A stretch of 32,000 bases of DNA from the NCBI GenBank assembly GCA_041649575.1, contig JBAZMW010000004.1:1-32000 (forward strand), written 5' to 3'. The stretch comes from Patescibacteria group bacterium (GTDB lineage Bacteria > Patescibacteriota > Patescibacteriia > 2-01-FULL-39-33). Under the pieces are notes generated by a model. That model worked only from the letters and a program-made list of their open reading frames with translations, was not told the origin of the DNA and did not search any database. Made by a program: the position numbers and the translations under genes. Shown piece after piece: positions 1 to 8,944 of the stretch (its first letter is position 1; every line of letters starts with the position of its first letter).

Positions 1-296
1 TCTTCGGTGGGCAGGGGGACGTTGGCTTCGGTGAAGTCGCCGTCAACCCAGTCGCAGGCGATGGCCTCGCGCAACTGCTCACGGGTGAACGAGTGGTCGA
101 TGTCGAGGGTGAAATTGTTAACCATATCGATCGACACGATGATGTGGGTGCCGCCACGAAGTTTGAGAACTTCCGTAAGCGTCGTGCCGGTCGACAGCCA
201 CTTCACATCATCGGCCGTCCAGCCATTCCGAGCAAAACCGTGATCCAACTCCGCCGCTTGCCTCACTCCTATTACTTCCGACTTGTCTTCGGGCAT
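1..296 (-). CDS. Hypothetical protein, C-terminus truncated by the window edge (MPEDKSEVIGVRQAAELDHGFARNGWTADDVKWLSTGTTLTEVLKLRGG...)
   Basis: Manual reverse-strand translation is open from 320 to the window edge; absent from the ORF track because it has no stop. Internal ATG at 294-296 is preceded by GGGAG at good spacing; alternative ATG at 318-320. Confidence 0.7.
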   Translation of the reverse strand, partial: MPEDKSEVIGVRQAAELDHGFARNGWTADDVKWLSTGTTLTEVLKLRGGTHIIVSIDMVNNFTLDIDHSFTREQLREAIACDWVDGDFTEANVPLPTE

Positions 297-388
297 GACT
301 TGTCTCCCTATTATGGACATGTCCGTTCTCGGACTCGTCCTTTTAGGTACGAATTAGCTCTGTCGAAATGACAGTTTGCTAATATATT

Positions 389-417
389 ATTATATCATAC
401 AAAAAATATTTTGTCAA
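389..417 (-). promoter_or_regulatory. Near-perfect sigma70-type promoter TTGACA-N17-TATAAT
   Basis: Reverse strand TTGACA (412-417), 17-nt spacer, TATAAT (389-394), upstream of the truncated minus-strand ORF. Confidence 0.8.
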
Positions 418-464
418 TATTAAAAATAGTAAAAATGCTATTTTTATTTAAATTTAAATAAAAA

Positions 465-2009
465 TCATTCCACTTTCGGCCGATACTGCAAGGCCTCGGC
501 CAGATGTTCCAATAAAATTTTTTCGCTCTGGGACAAGTCGGCGATGGTACGCGCCAATTTCAGCACCCGGTGATAGGCGCGGGCCGAAAGATGCAGCTGC
601 TCTACCGCCTGACGCAGTAATTGCCGGCCGGCTTCCTCAAGCAGACAATATTTGACAATCTGCTGGGGATTCATTTCCGAATTGTCAAAAATATTTTCGG
701 CCTTAAATCTCTGGGTCTGCAGATCCCTGGCGTTTTGTACCCGGACTCTGATTTCTGCGGAAGTTTCTCCGCTAAGATCGCTTTCCAGTCTTTCAAATTT
801 GACTCGCGGCACCTCGAGGTGCAAATCGATTCTGTCCAAAAGCGGGCCGGAAGCCCGTTTTTGGTATTTTAGGATTTGCGATGGCTGACAAGCGCACTGT
901 TTTTCCGAATCAGACAGAAAACCGCAAGGGCAAGGATTCATGGCGGCCACCAAAATGAATTTGGCAGGAAACTTAAGGGTGCCGGTGGCGCGAGAAACCG
1001 AGACAATGCCGTCCTCCAGCGGCTGGCGCAAATTTTCCAAAACGCTTTTGGGAAATTCCAAAAACTCGTCCAGAAACAGCACGCCGCGATGGGAGAGGGA
1101 AATTTCTCCGGGCCTGGGCCAGGCGCCGCCGCCCACTAGCGCCACGCCCGAAGCCGTGTGATGCGGTGAGCGGTAGGGCCGACTGGCGATGAGCGGCTGG
1201 CCGGCGGGCAGAAGCCCGGCAGCGCTGTAAATCCGAGTCACTTCCAGGCTCTCGGCCAGAGTCATTTTGGGCAGAATCGAGGGCAGAGCCTTGGCCAGCA
1301 TGGTCTTGCCCGAACCGGGCGGCCCGGACATGAGAATGTTGTGGCTACCGGCGGCAGCGATTTCCAGCGCCCGCTTGGCCTGCTCCTGGCCTTTGATAAA
1401 AGACAAATCGAACTCAAAAAATTCATTATCAAAAAAATTGATCTCGCCTCTGATAAACGGCTCGATTGGCATGACACCGGAAAAATGATCGGCCACCTGG
1501 CGCAGATTTTCCACCGGATAAATATTAAAACCGTCCACCAAAGACGCTTCGGCCGCGTTGGCTTGCGGCACAAATAGATTTTTTATCTCTTTTTCCTGGA
1601 CCATCAGAGCAATGGAGAGCACGCCGCTGACCGGCCGCAGTTCGCCGTTTAGGGCCAGCTCGCCGACAAACAGATTGTCCCGCCAATTGTCTCTGATCTC
1701 CAGCTGTCCGGCTTGCGCCAAGCAGCTTAGGGCGATAGGCAAATCATAATAAGTGCCGGCCTTGCGCAAATCAGCCGGCGCCAGATTGATGGTCACATTG
1801 CCGCGCGGAAAACCCAAGTCGGAATTTTTAATGGCGCTCCGCACCCGGCTCTTGCTTTCGTCCACCGCCTTATCGGGCAGGCCGACAATAAAAATTCCCG
1901 GATTGCCATACGGGGAATTATCGGCTTCCACTTCTACCGGTTCGCAGTCCAAGCCGATGACTGCGGCCGAAAAAACTTTTGAAGACATAAAAAAATTCTT
2001 AATTTTCAA
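465..2009 (-). CDS. comM: YifB/ComM family Mg-chelatase-like AAA+ ATPase
   Basis: 514 aa; Walker A GPPGSGKTM, Walker B-like GVLFLDEFLEF, typical N-terminal GLDCEPVEVEADNSPYGNPGIFIVGLPDKAVDESKSRVRSAI. Confidence 0.95.
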   Translation of the reverse strand: MKIKNFFMSSKVFSAAVIGLDCEPVEVEADNSPYGNPGIFIVGLPDKAVDESKSRVRSAIKNSDLGFPRGNVTINLAPADLRKAGTYYDLPIALSCLAQAGQLEIRDNWRDNLFVGELALNGELRPVSGVLSIALMVQEKEIKNLFVPQANAAEASLVDGFNIYPVENLRQVADHFSGVMPIEPFIRGEINFFDNEFFEFDLSFIKGQEQAKRALEIAAAGSHNILMSGPPGSGKTMLAKALPSILPKMTLAESLEVTRIYSAAGLLPAGQPLIASRPYRSPHHTASGVALVGGGAWPRPGEISLSHRGVLFLDEFLEFPKSVLENLRQPLEDGIVSVSRATGTLKFPAKFILVAAMNPCPCGFLSDSEKQCACQPSQILKYQKRASGPLLDRIDLHLEVPRVKFERLESDLSGETSAEIRVRVQNARDLQTQRFKAENIFDNSEMNPQQIVKYCLLEEAGRQLLRQAVEQLHLSARAYHRVLKLARTIADLSQSEKILLEHLAEALQYRPKVE

Positions 2010-2056
2010 TTTTCAAACAATTTTCAATGACTTAATTTTATCAATTTAAAACTCCA

Positions 2057-2085
2057 TTGACAAAAACCTATCAGCGATTTATAAT
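2057..2085 (+). promoter_or_regulatory. Consensus promoter TTGACA-N17-TATAAT
   Basis: TTGACA 2057-2062, spacer 17, TATAAT 2080-2085, directly upstream of the 2137 ORF. Confidence 0.85.
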
Positions 2086-2136
2086 ATGACGATGCACATT
2101 TTGAATTGGTAGTGACAACATGGAGGCACGGTCAAA

Positions 2137-2676
2137 ATGCGAAGAATGACTGAAAGCTTTCTGGGGGAGCTCTGGATGTTCCTTCGAGAAGCCAGGGCTA
2201 CCACCTACGCTGGCGATGCCCAGCCATCCACATCTTCAACTATGCCCGGTTTCAAGCTGTTCGCCCTTGGCAATAGAACCTGGACATATCGTGACGTCTA
2301 CGCCGGTTCGCGGCTCTTCGGTGGTTACGAAGCAGTCTGGTATATGGCCAGACCGGTGTGGCACATGAACTATCGCGGCGGCATGATTGAGTGTTTCCGT
2401 CACGATCGCCGTATTGCCCAACAGGCCTACGCGATGTTGCGGGAATTCTTGCGACAAGACAGCAGCAGATTCGAGCCGCGTGGCGGTAGTCATAGCGCTA
2501 TCATTGGCGCAAAGGGCTGGCGCTACCACTGTGTGCAGCTTGATGCCAACGACCGAACTATCGCCAGCCCCCACTGGGACATAAGGGATTTCCGGGGCAA
2601 GGAACAACTCGTCAAAGTCGGGGAGCGAGGTCCGTGCTACATCGGCTATTTCCACGGCGGCCTCTTGATCGACTAG
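2137..2676 (+). CDS. Hypothetical protein resembling DUF5680 family
   Basis: 179 aa; FLREARATTYAGD...WTYRDVYAGSRLFGGYEAVWYMARPVWHMNYRGG; own promoter and terminator. Confidence 0.65.
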   Translation: MRRMTESFLGELWMFLREARATTYAGDAQPSTSSTMPGFKLFALGNRTWTYRDVYAGSRLFGGYEAVWYMARPVWHMNYRGGMIECFRHDRRIAQQAYAMLREFLRQDSSRFEPRGGSHSAIIGAKGWRYHCVQLDANDRTIASPHWDIRDFRGKEQLVKVGERGPCYIGYFHGGLLID

Positions 2677-2703
2677 GCCACCCGACCCCCTCGTACCATG
2701 GCA

Positions 2704-2744
2704 AAACGCCCGCCCCTAGCTTGCAAAAGCGAAGGCGGGCGTTT
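2704..2744 (+). terminator. Rho-independent-type terminator
   Basis: AAACGCCCGCC (2704-2714) pairs with GGCGGGCGTTT (2734-2744), followed by a T-rich tract. Confidence 0.85.
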
Positions 2745-2758
2745 CTATGTTTTTGAAG

Positions 2759-3214
2759 TTATTTTGGCTTAGATTTAAAAAAAGAATTAATCAACAAAAT
2801 CGCCACCCCAATACAAATCATTACGTCGGCCAAATTGAAAACCGTGAAATATTTGACGCTTAAATAATCGATAACCTGGCCCTGATAAAGGCGGTCGAGC
2901 AGATTGGAAAAAGCGCCAACCACAACCAACTCCAAACCCAAAACCGGCCAAATCTTTTGCTGTTGCCAGAATTTGATCAGGAAATAAACCAGCACCAATA
3001 AAATCACAACTGTCAGAAAAATCAACCAAGACAAATTGACCGGCAGACTAAAAGCAATGCCGGGGTTGGTTGCTAGTTCTAATTTTAGATAATCGCCACC
3101 AAGCTCAAAATGATGGGGCGAATGGAGAAAAAAATATTTTAGGCCGCGATCTGTCAAAAACAACAACAAACCAAGAACTGAAATGACGGCCAATGATAAT
3201 TTTTTGGACATCAA
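2759..3214 (-). CDS. lspA: Signal peptidase II (prolipoprotein signal peptidase)
   Basis: 151 aa, four TM segments; conserved NPGIAFSL, NLLDRL, VIDYL and FNLADVMI motifs. Confidence 0.93.
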   Translation of the reverse strand: MMSKKLSLAVISVLGLLLFLTDRGLKYFFLHSPHHFELGGDYLKLELATNPGIAFSLPVNLSWLIFLTVVILLVLVYFLIKFWQQQKIWPVLGLELVVVGAFSNLLDRLYQGQVIDYLSVKYFTVFNLADVMICIGVAILLINSFFKSKPK

Positions 3215-3217
3215 ATT

Positions 3218-3589
3218 TTAAGCTTCGCCTTTGAGCGCTTTTTTACAGGCTACGCAGGCGGTAGACTCGGGACGAATCTTTAACCTTTCCAATTCGATTT
3301 CCTTGCCACAATAATTGCACTTGCCATAGGTGCCTTCCTCCAGGCGCTTTAAGGCTTTTTCCACGCCATGCAAATCTTTTTCCAGGCCCCTCTCAAAAGA
3401 AAGGTTTTTGGTGTAATCGGCCACTTCCACGGCGCTGTCCTCGCTGGAATCGCCGTAGTCGGGAAACTCGGCGCTGAAATTAACTTCTTCGCCCTCATTT
3501 CTGGTGCCGATGCTTTCTAGCTGCTTGATAATCTCTTCTCTTCTTTGGTTAAGGAGCTCTTTCAGCTCCTGCAGAACCTTTTGTTCCAT
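3218..3589 (-). CDS. TraR/DksA family zinc-finger regulator
   Basis: 123 aa; YGKCNYCGKEIELERLKIRPESTACVACK four-cysteine finger. Confidence 0.88.
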   Translation of the reverse strand: MEQKVLQELKELLNQRREEIIKQLESIGTRNEGEEVNFSAEFPDYGDSSEDSAVEVADYTKNLSFERGLEKDLHGVEKALKRLEEGTYGKCNYCGKEIELERLKIRPESTACVACKKALKGEA

Positions 3590-3628
3590 AAAGTAAAAAT
3601 TAAAATAATTCCTCCATCTTACTTAAAA

Positions 3629-3678
3629 GGCCGTCGGCCGCTCTCTGCGGCCCTAACGGCAAACCGGCCAATAGCCGG
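3629..3678 (-). promoter_or_regulatory. GC-rich stacked hairpins between the candidate ncRNA and the DksA-like ORF (terminator or leader)
   Basis: GCCGT/ACGGC (3630-3634/3656-3660) enclosing GGCCGC/GCGGCC (3636-3641/3647-3652), plus CCGGC/GCCGG (3664-3668/3674-3678). Confidence 0.5.
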
Positions 3679-3732
3679 CTTTTATATACTAAATATTTAA
3701 ATAACTATAACAAAAAATTAAAATAAAATAAA

Positions 3733-4045
3733 GAGGCGCGAGTCTTATGCCCCAAATACACGTGGTGATTAGTGGGTAAGGTCTCACGCCTACGGATCCC
3801 GAGATCTGTTTTGTCTTTCGCCCTGAGAGTTACGTTAGGGCAAAATGCAAAAACCATTTCTCGGACTCGTAATGTGCGCGCCCTCTACCACCAACCGGTC
3901 TACTTTGCTAACCGCTCTTTCTGGGATCAGCAAACGACCCTAGAGAAACTGTCTGCCTTTGTTAGTACAGGGCAGGAAAATGCTATAAATTAGCTAAAAT
4001 TTATACCATTTTCCTAAATCAATTATTATTTTGTTAATTTTCTAT
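3733..4045 (-). ncRNA. Candidate structured non-coding RNA, class not assigned
   Basis: GC-rich island (about 3733-3990) in AT-rich DNA; GAGGGCGCG/CGCGCCTC long-range helix with one bulge (3877-3885/3733-3740), CCGAGA/TCTCGG (3859-3864/3799-3804), hairpin 3820-3826/3835-3841; reverse-strand promoter at 4052-4080. Confidence 0.5.
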
Positions 4046-4051
4046 AAATCC

Positions 4052-4080
4052 ATTATATCACATTTTTTTACCTTAGTCAA
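4052..4080 (-). promoter_or_regulatory. Promoter TTGACT-N17-TATAAT
   Basis: Reverse strand TTGACT (4075-4080), 17-nt spacer, TATAAT (4052-4057). Confidence 0.75.
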
Positions 4081-4128
4081 TAGTTGAAATTAACTAAATT
4101 TAAACAATATTTTATTATTAATATTAAT

Positions 4129-4182
4129 TTATCCACACTTTTAACTAATATTCAGATAGTTTTTATCCACTGTTTATGCACA
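4129..4182 (+). other. Cluster of three DnaA-box-like 9-mers in an AT-rich intergenic region
   Basis: TTATCCACA (4129-4137, exact), TTATCCACT (4163-4171), TTATGCACA (4174-4182). Confidence 0.5.
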
Positions 4183-4227
4183 ATTGTTAATAAATATGAA
4201 TAATTATCTAAATTTAAATAAAAAATG

Positions 4228-5583
4228 TTATCTCATTAATAAAAGTCCATCCTTTATTTCCAGAACATCAAAATATTTTAGATAAGAGAAAAAGCCGACA
4301 TCGGGCAAAAGCTTGGTTTTTACTTTCAGATATTTCCGGCAAGAATCGGCTGATTGTAAAGATAGCCAGGACTTTTTATTGGTGGCCGAGAGGGATCCGT
4401 TTTTCAACCGGTAAAATATGGTGGCCGACTTGTCTGGGGCAGACAAAAGCCTTGCCTCTCCCAGGCTTTCAAAGCGAAAATCGTCGGTTTCCGCCTTAAA
4501 CTCTATTAATTGCGTGCCGTCTCTCAAAAGAGTGGGTCTTTCTTTGGGAAATCTTACGGCCAAGGCAAGCTGAAGAATTTTTTCCCAGTTTTGCAGATCG
4601 GCTGGTGACAAACCATCGCCTGCAACCAGACTGTTTAAATAAAAATCATAATCTTTAAAAAACCAACCTGATTGATATTGGCGCTGATTGAGCGAGAAAG
4701 CCAGAAATAAATTCTGGCCAAACATCCGGCCCAGAAACTCCTTGTCCAGTAAAGAATTGACAGCCAGGAGATTCCAATAGTTTTGCCAATAGCCAGAACC
4801 GCTATTAGCCGGAGCCCGAACTCTATCGGCCAGCCAGGCGTCGGCTCCGGAAAGACACAAGGCCAAATCAAAATTAGGATCCAGGTTTGTTGATTCGGAT
4901 TTTATTTTTTTAGCCGCCTTTGAGCTGGCGCCGGAGACAACCACCGCACCGCGCCCCACCCGAACATTAAGAAACACCCGACCCTTATCATCGGACAAGG
5001 CAGTTTTAACCAGATTCAAAAAAATATCTTGAGGGAAATGATCAAAAAATTCCGGTTTCAAATAGACGCTTAAAGAATCAAACAGAGAGAATTTACCAGC
5101 CACCGCCTGCTTGGCCGGATTTTTACGATTGGAAACAAAAGCATTCAGTTCCGACGGCGCGGCAATTACCACCCGGCTACGATCGAGAAAACGATGCGGT
5201 ATTTGCTTGGCGGTTAGAATTTTTTCAAGCTGCCTGGGTCTGTCGGTCCTAAGTAAAACGCTGAAGCTCAAACGATCGCCGGCCGGCCGGCCAATCACCG
5301 CCAACTCCCTTTTTAAATAGCGCAACTCGACGGCCGACAAATTATTATCGGCCAGCACCCTCGAGAGCACCGCCCTAAACTGTTGGGAATCATTCAGCTT
5401 GGGCAGACTGAAATGCGCATAAAAAACACTGTCGCCGGACGCGTAATTTATCAAGGTATCGGCAAAGCATTGATTCCAAAAGGAACAAATCAACAAAATA
5501 AAAAAAACAATCCCGGCGGCCAAGCCTACAGCCAACCTGGCCCGGCGCGGGATGTTTTTGAGTTGAGAATATTTAATTGTCAT
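4228..5583 (-). CDS. Hypothetical protein with N-terminal transmembrane segment
   Basis: 451 aa ORF immediately downstream of pnp; hydrophobic segment near the N-terminus; no family recognised. Confidence 0.8.
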   Translation of the reverse strand: MTIKYSQLKNIPRRARLAVGLAAGIVFFILLICSFWNQCFADTLINYASGDSVFYAHFSLPKLNDSQQFRAVLSRVLADNNLSAVELRYLKRELAVIGRPAGDRLSFSVLLRTDRPRQLEKILTAKQIPHRFLDRSRVVIAAPSELNAFVSNRKNPAKQAVAGKFSLFDSLSVYLKPEFFDHFPQDIFLNLVKTALSDDKGRVFLNVRVGRGAVVVSGASSKAAKKIKSESTNLDPNFDLALCLSGADAWLADRVRAPANSGSGYWQNYWNLLAVNSLLDKEFLGRMFGQNLFLAFSLNQRQYQSGWFFKDYDFYLNSLVAGDGLSPADLQNWEKILQLALAVRFPKERPTLLRDGTQLIEFKAETDDFRFESLGEARLLSAPDKSATIFYRLKNGSLSATNKKSWLSLQSADSCRKYLKVKTKLLPDVGFFSYLKYFDVLEIKDGLLLMR

Positions 5584-5591
5584 CGGCAGAG

Positions 5592-7838
5592 TTAGCGTCT
5601 CTTCATAAAGCCGAGCTTGCCAGACGGCCTGCCGCGATTGTTGCCATAACCACCGCCGCGGCCGTTAAAATCATTCCTTTTATCATTAGCCGGATTATAA
5701 TTGGGGTCGGCTTTTTTGATTGATAAATTAGTCCGGCCTTGTTCGTCGATTTCTATCACTTTGACCGTCACTTCCTGGCCGATTTTGACCACATCACTGA
5801 CCTTGGCCACTCTTTCCGGCGCCAGTTCGGAGATATGAACCAGGCCCTCTTTGCCCGGCAGAATCTCGACGAAAGCGCCAAAATCCATCAGCCGAGTGAC
5901 TTTGCCGGTATAAATTTCTCCCACTTCAACTTCTTTGACTATATTTTCGATCCATTTAACGGCTCGGGCGACGCATTCGACTTTAAGGCCGGTAACCGCC
6001 ACCAGACCGTCATCATCAATATCAATTTCAACCTCGCAAGCATCAATGATCTCATTGATGATTTTGCCGCCAGTGCCAATAACCTCGCGAATCTTATCTG
6101 GACTAATGCGGATATTAACGATTCGCGGAGCATAGGGCGATAGCTCTGGCCGCGGTGCCGGAATAACCCGGGCTATCTTGTCTAAAATAACTAGTCGCGC
6201 CTCTTTGGCCTGGCTCATGGTTTGCTCGCAAAGCTCGAAACTCAAGCCGCTGGTCTTAGTATCCATTTGAATGGCAGTAATACCGTCTTTAGTGCCGGTA
6301 ATTTTAAAATCCATGCCACCCTCGCCGTCTTCCAAGTCCTGTAAATCGGTAATTATCTTATACTTGTCGTCGCTGCTGGCCAAGCCCATGGCAATACCGG
6401 CCACCGGCTTTTTGATGGGCACGCCGGCATCCAAGAGTGACAAAGTGGAGCCGCAGGTGGAGGCCATAGAGGAAGAGCCATTGGAGCCCATGACCTCGGA
6501 AACCACCAGAATCGTATAAGGAAATTCTTCTTTGGTGGGCAACATTGGCAATAAGGCTTTTTCGGCCAGAGCGCCGTGGCCAATCTCCCGCCGACCAGCG
6601 CCGCGCAGAGGACCGGCTTCACCATAACAATAAGGCGGAGCATTATAATGATGGATGTAAGTCTTTTTGGTGTCGGATTCGGTCATTTCGTCTAAAATTT
6701 GAGCGTCGCCAGGCGCGCCCAAGGTGACCACGCTCAAAACCTGGGTCTCGCCTCGAGCAAACAGGGCACTGCCATGAGTGCGCGGCAACAGGCCGACTTC
6801 AATCTCCAGCGGCCTGATCTCGCCGAGCTGGCGGCCGTCAATTCTTAAATCTTTTTCCAGAATCGCCCGGCTGACCTCGGCTTCCAAGTAACTCTCGAAT
6901 TTATCTTCCACATATTCAATAATTTCCTCATGCTTGCCTTGCCGCTCCAATTCGGTCAAAAACAACTTTAACAATTCCTTGGCCACTTCTTTTCTTTCTC
7001 TTTTGGTGCCTTTGGGCTGATTAAAAAGATATTTTTCCAGTTGCGGCTGAAAAAATTTCTGGGCTTCGGCAAAAGCGGCTTTCTTTTCCGACAAGGAAAT
7101 TTCTTTTTCCTCATTGATTTCCTCCAGTAATTGAGCGACTTCTTTTTTGGCCGACCCAACCTGATCTTTAACTAAATTGACAAAATCCAAAAGCGGCTTG
7201 GCTTGCTCCAGGCCAAACTTGACGGCCGCCAGGATACCGGCTTCGGAAACTTCTTTGGCCTCGGCGTCGATCATCAAAACCTTGCCGTAAGCGACAGAAA
7301 AAACCAATTTGAAATCGGAATTTTTGAGCTGATTTTCACTGGGATTGAGCACCAACTCCCCATTAACCCGGCCAACCATCAGGCCGACCAAAGGGCCGTT
7401 CCAGGGAATATCGGAAACATGCAAAGCCAAAGACGCGGCCGTGATAGCCAAGACATCGGCCGAGTTTTCCTCGTCATAAGACAAAGTGGTGGCAACCACC
7501 TGAACTTCATTTCTTATTTCCTGATTAAACAGCGGACGAATGCCACGGTCGATCATCCGAGAATCTAAAATAGCATTGTCGGTTGGTCGGCCGTCACGCT
7601 TGATAAAACGCGAGCCCTTGATTTTGCCGGCGGCATACATTCTTTCCTGCATTTCCACGGTCAAAGGAAAAAAATCAACGCCCTCGCGCGGTTCTTTGCC
7701 CATTACGGCAGTGGCCAAAACCACGGTGTCTCCATAACGCACCAGGCAGGAGGCATTGGCCTGTTTGGCCATTTTACCGACTTCCACTGTCAGCCGACGG
7801 CCGGCGAAATCCAGCTCAAACTTTTTTTCTCTAGACAT
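5592..7838 (-). CDS. pnp: Polyribonucleotide nucleotidyltransferase (PNPase)
   Basis: 748 aa; RPTDNAILDSRMIDRGIRPLF, GRREIGHGALAEKAL, KH region and S1 domain (GEIYTGKVTRLMDFGAFVEILPGKEGLVHISEL). Confidence 0.98.
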   Translation of the reverse strand: MSREKKFELDFAGRRLTVEVGKMAKQANASCLVRYGDTVVLATAVMGKEPREGVDFFPLTVEMQERMYAAGKIKGSRFIKRDGRPTDNAILDSRMIDRGIRPLFNQEIRNEVQVVATTLSYDEENSADVLAITAASLALHVSDIPWNGPLVGLMVGRVNGELVLNPSENQLKNSDFKLVFSVAYGKVLMIDAEAKEVSEAGILAAVKFGLEQAKPLLDFVNLVKDQVGSAKKEVAQLLEEINEEKEISLSEKKAAFAEAQKFFQPQLEKYLFNQPKGTKRERKEVAKELLKLFLTELERQGKHEEIIEYVEDKFESYLEAEVSRAILEKDLRIDGRQLGEIRPLEIEVGLLPRTHGSALFARGETQVLSVVTLGAPGDAQILDEMTESDTKKTYIHHYNAPPYCYGEAGPLRGAGRREIGHGALAEKALLPMLPTKEEFPYTILVVSEVMGSNGSSSMASTCGSTLSLLDAGVPIKKPVAGIAMGLASSDDKYKIITDLQDLEDGEGGMDFKITGTKDGITAIQMDTKTSGLSFELCEQTMSQAKEARLVILDKIARVIPAPRPELSPYAPRIVNIRISPDKIREVIGTGGKIINEIIDACEVEIDIDDDGLVAVTGLKVECVARAVKWIENIVKEVEVGEIYTGKVTRLMDFGAFVEILPGKEGLVHISELAPERVAKVSDVVKIGQEVTVKVIEIDEQGRTNLSIKKADPNYNPANDKRNDFNGRGGGYGNNRGRPSGKLGFMKRR

Positions 7839-8019
7839 AACTTTCCTTTCTGATGAATCGGCTCGAAGCGTTTATTTGAAGGCAGCTAAATTGTTAATCT
7901 TTTTCGATCAAAAATTTAATTGCTTTCAAATAAATAGCGCTAACGCCAATCCATTTTTATTTATTTAATAAAAAACTATTTTTAAAATCGTGTTTTGGGT
8001 TTTAATAAAAACCAGAAAA

Positions 8020-8037
8020 GAGGAGAAAAATCTCCTC
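8020..8037 (-). terminator. Hairpin between rpsO and pnp (terminator or attenuator)
   Basis: GAGGAGA / TCTCCTC arms followed on the minus strand by TTTTCT. Confidence 0.6.
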
Positions 8038-8044
8038 TCGAATA

Positions 8045-8413
8045 CTATTCCGGGGCAACCACAGCTTCAGCCGTATCTTCAACCACTTCGTTAAAACTCT
8101 CGGCCATTTCTTCTTCCAAGAGTTTTCCGGCCTCTTGGGGTCGCTTGACTATTTTGAGTTTCAATTTTTTAACCAACTCGTCAAAACTCTCGACATTTTC
8201 CCGCTCCAGATAACGCAACAGCTTTCGGCGCTCGGCCACCTTGCGCAACAAACCACGACGAGAAGAAAAATCCTTCTTATGGGTTTTTAAGTGCTCGGTC
8301 AAATTTTTGATTTCTTCGGTCAAAAGGGCGATTTGCACTTCGGAAGAGCCGGTGTCATTTTCGTGGGTGGCAAACTTTTTAATAATCTGAGCCTTCTTTT
8401 TTTTATCTATCAT
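8045..8413 (-). CDS. rpsO: 30S ribosomal protein S15 with acidic C-terminal extension
   Basis: 122 aa; FATHENDTGSSEVQIALLTEEIKNLTEHLKTHKKDFSSRRGLLRKVAERRKLLRYL is S15-like; extension ...EEEMAESFNEVVEDTAEAVVAPE. Confidence 0.95.
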   Translation of the reverse strand: MIDKKKKAQIIKKFATHENDTGSSEVQIALLTEEIKNLTEHLKTHKKDFSSRRGLLRKVAERRKLLRYLERENVESFDELVKKLKLKIVKRPQEAGKLLEEEMAESFNEVVEDTAEAVVAPE

Positions 8414-8570
8414 GTTTGAGAGTCCTTGTCACGATATTCCGAGTTTTTTGACAATAGCCGCAAAAAACCAAGAAAACCGTCTTAATAATTATTGGCTATA
8501 GTTTATTACAAAAAAATGAATTTGTCAATCTCCTGTCGGGACATTTAATTTTAAACAGTAAAAAAACCCA

Positions 8571-8608
8571 GTGCGACCAGAGAGTGGGCTATTTCAGGTC
8601 GCACTGAA
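8571..8608 (-). terminator. Terminator overlapping the 3' end of the 8589 ORF
   Basis: CAGTGCGACC / GGTCGCACTG inverted repeat, followed on the minus strand by a T-rich tract. Confidence 0.75.
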
Positions 8609-8915
8609 AAAACGGGTCTTCGTCTGTGCTTGCCTTCCTTTCCCTGCCACAATTGGGACAGTGCGAGGACAGGGGTTCGCAAGGGTCACACCAGCCGCAA
8701 GGGCAGTAGCCCTTTAGAGGCTTACCAACGGGCAAGTTGGCGTCGCTCTCCAGATTGGTGGGCACGGCATAGAGATCTTCTTCCCGATCGGGGCGGAAAA
8801 TGATCTGACGGCAATACCTGGCTACTGCCGCTTCAGCGCTTTCGGCCACCACGGGATTGGCCCTGACGATCGTGCCGTCTAGACACCGACAGATGATAAA
8901 GGACTGCAGTCTCAT
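8589..8915 (-). CDS. Small zinc-ribbon-like hypothetical protein
   Basis: 108 aa with CPCGWCDPCEPLSSHCPNCGRE; strong SD (GAGGAGGAATCCG-ATG). Confidence 0.65.
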   Translation of the reverse strand: MRLQSFIICRCLDGTIVRANPVVAESAEAAVARYCRQIIFRPDREEDLYAVPTNLESDANLPVGKPLKGYCPCGWCDPCEPLSSHCPNCGRERKASTDEDPFFQCDLK

Positions 8916-8944
8916 TCGGATTCCTCCTCTTGCTATCTGAAATG

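Noticed and set aside
93-371. 92-aa plus-strand ORF (and 7-243)
   Set aside because: Antisense to the well-formed minus-strand ORF with its own consensus promoter and SD.
1262-1573. 103-aa minus-strand ORF within comM
   Set aside because: Alternate-frame shadow of the AAA+ ATPase gene; the same applies to other internal ORFs in pnp, valS, tyrS and the ABC permease.
2236-2655. 139-aa minus-strand ORF opposite the DUF5680-like gene
   Set aside because: The plus-strand ORF has a consensus promoter, a terminator and recognisable protein motifs; the antisense ORF has none.
3772-3993. 73-aa plus-strand ORF in the GC-rich intergenic island
   Set aside because: Starts with GTG without a convincing SD and overlaps the opposite-strand structured RNA candidate; not called as coding, though its C-terminal half looks superficially protein-like.
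3733-4045. RNase P RNA or tmRNA
   Set aside because: Core motifs of RNase P were not found, and there is no tRNA-like TPsiC arm or acceptor end for tmRNA. Formal covariance search still required.
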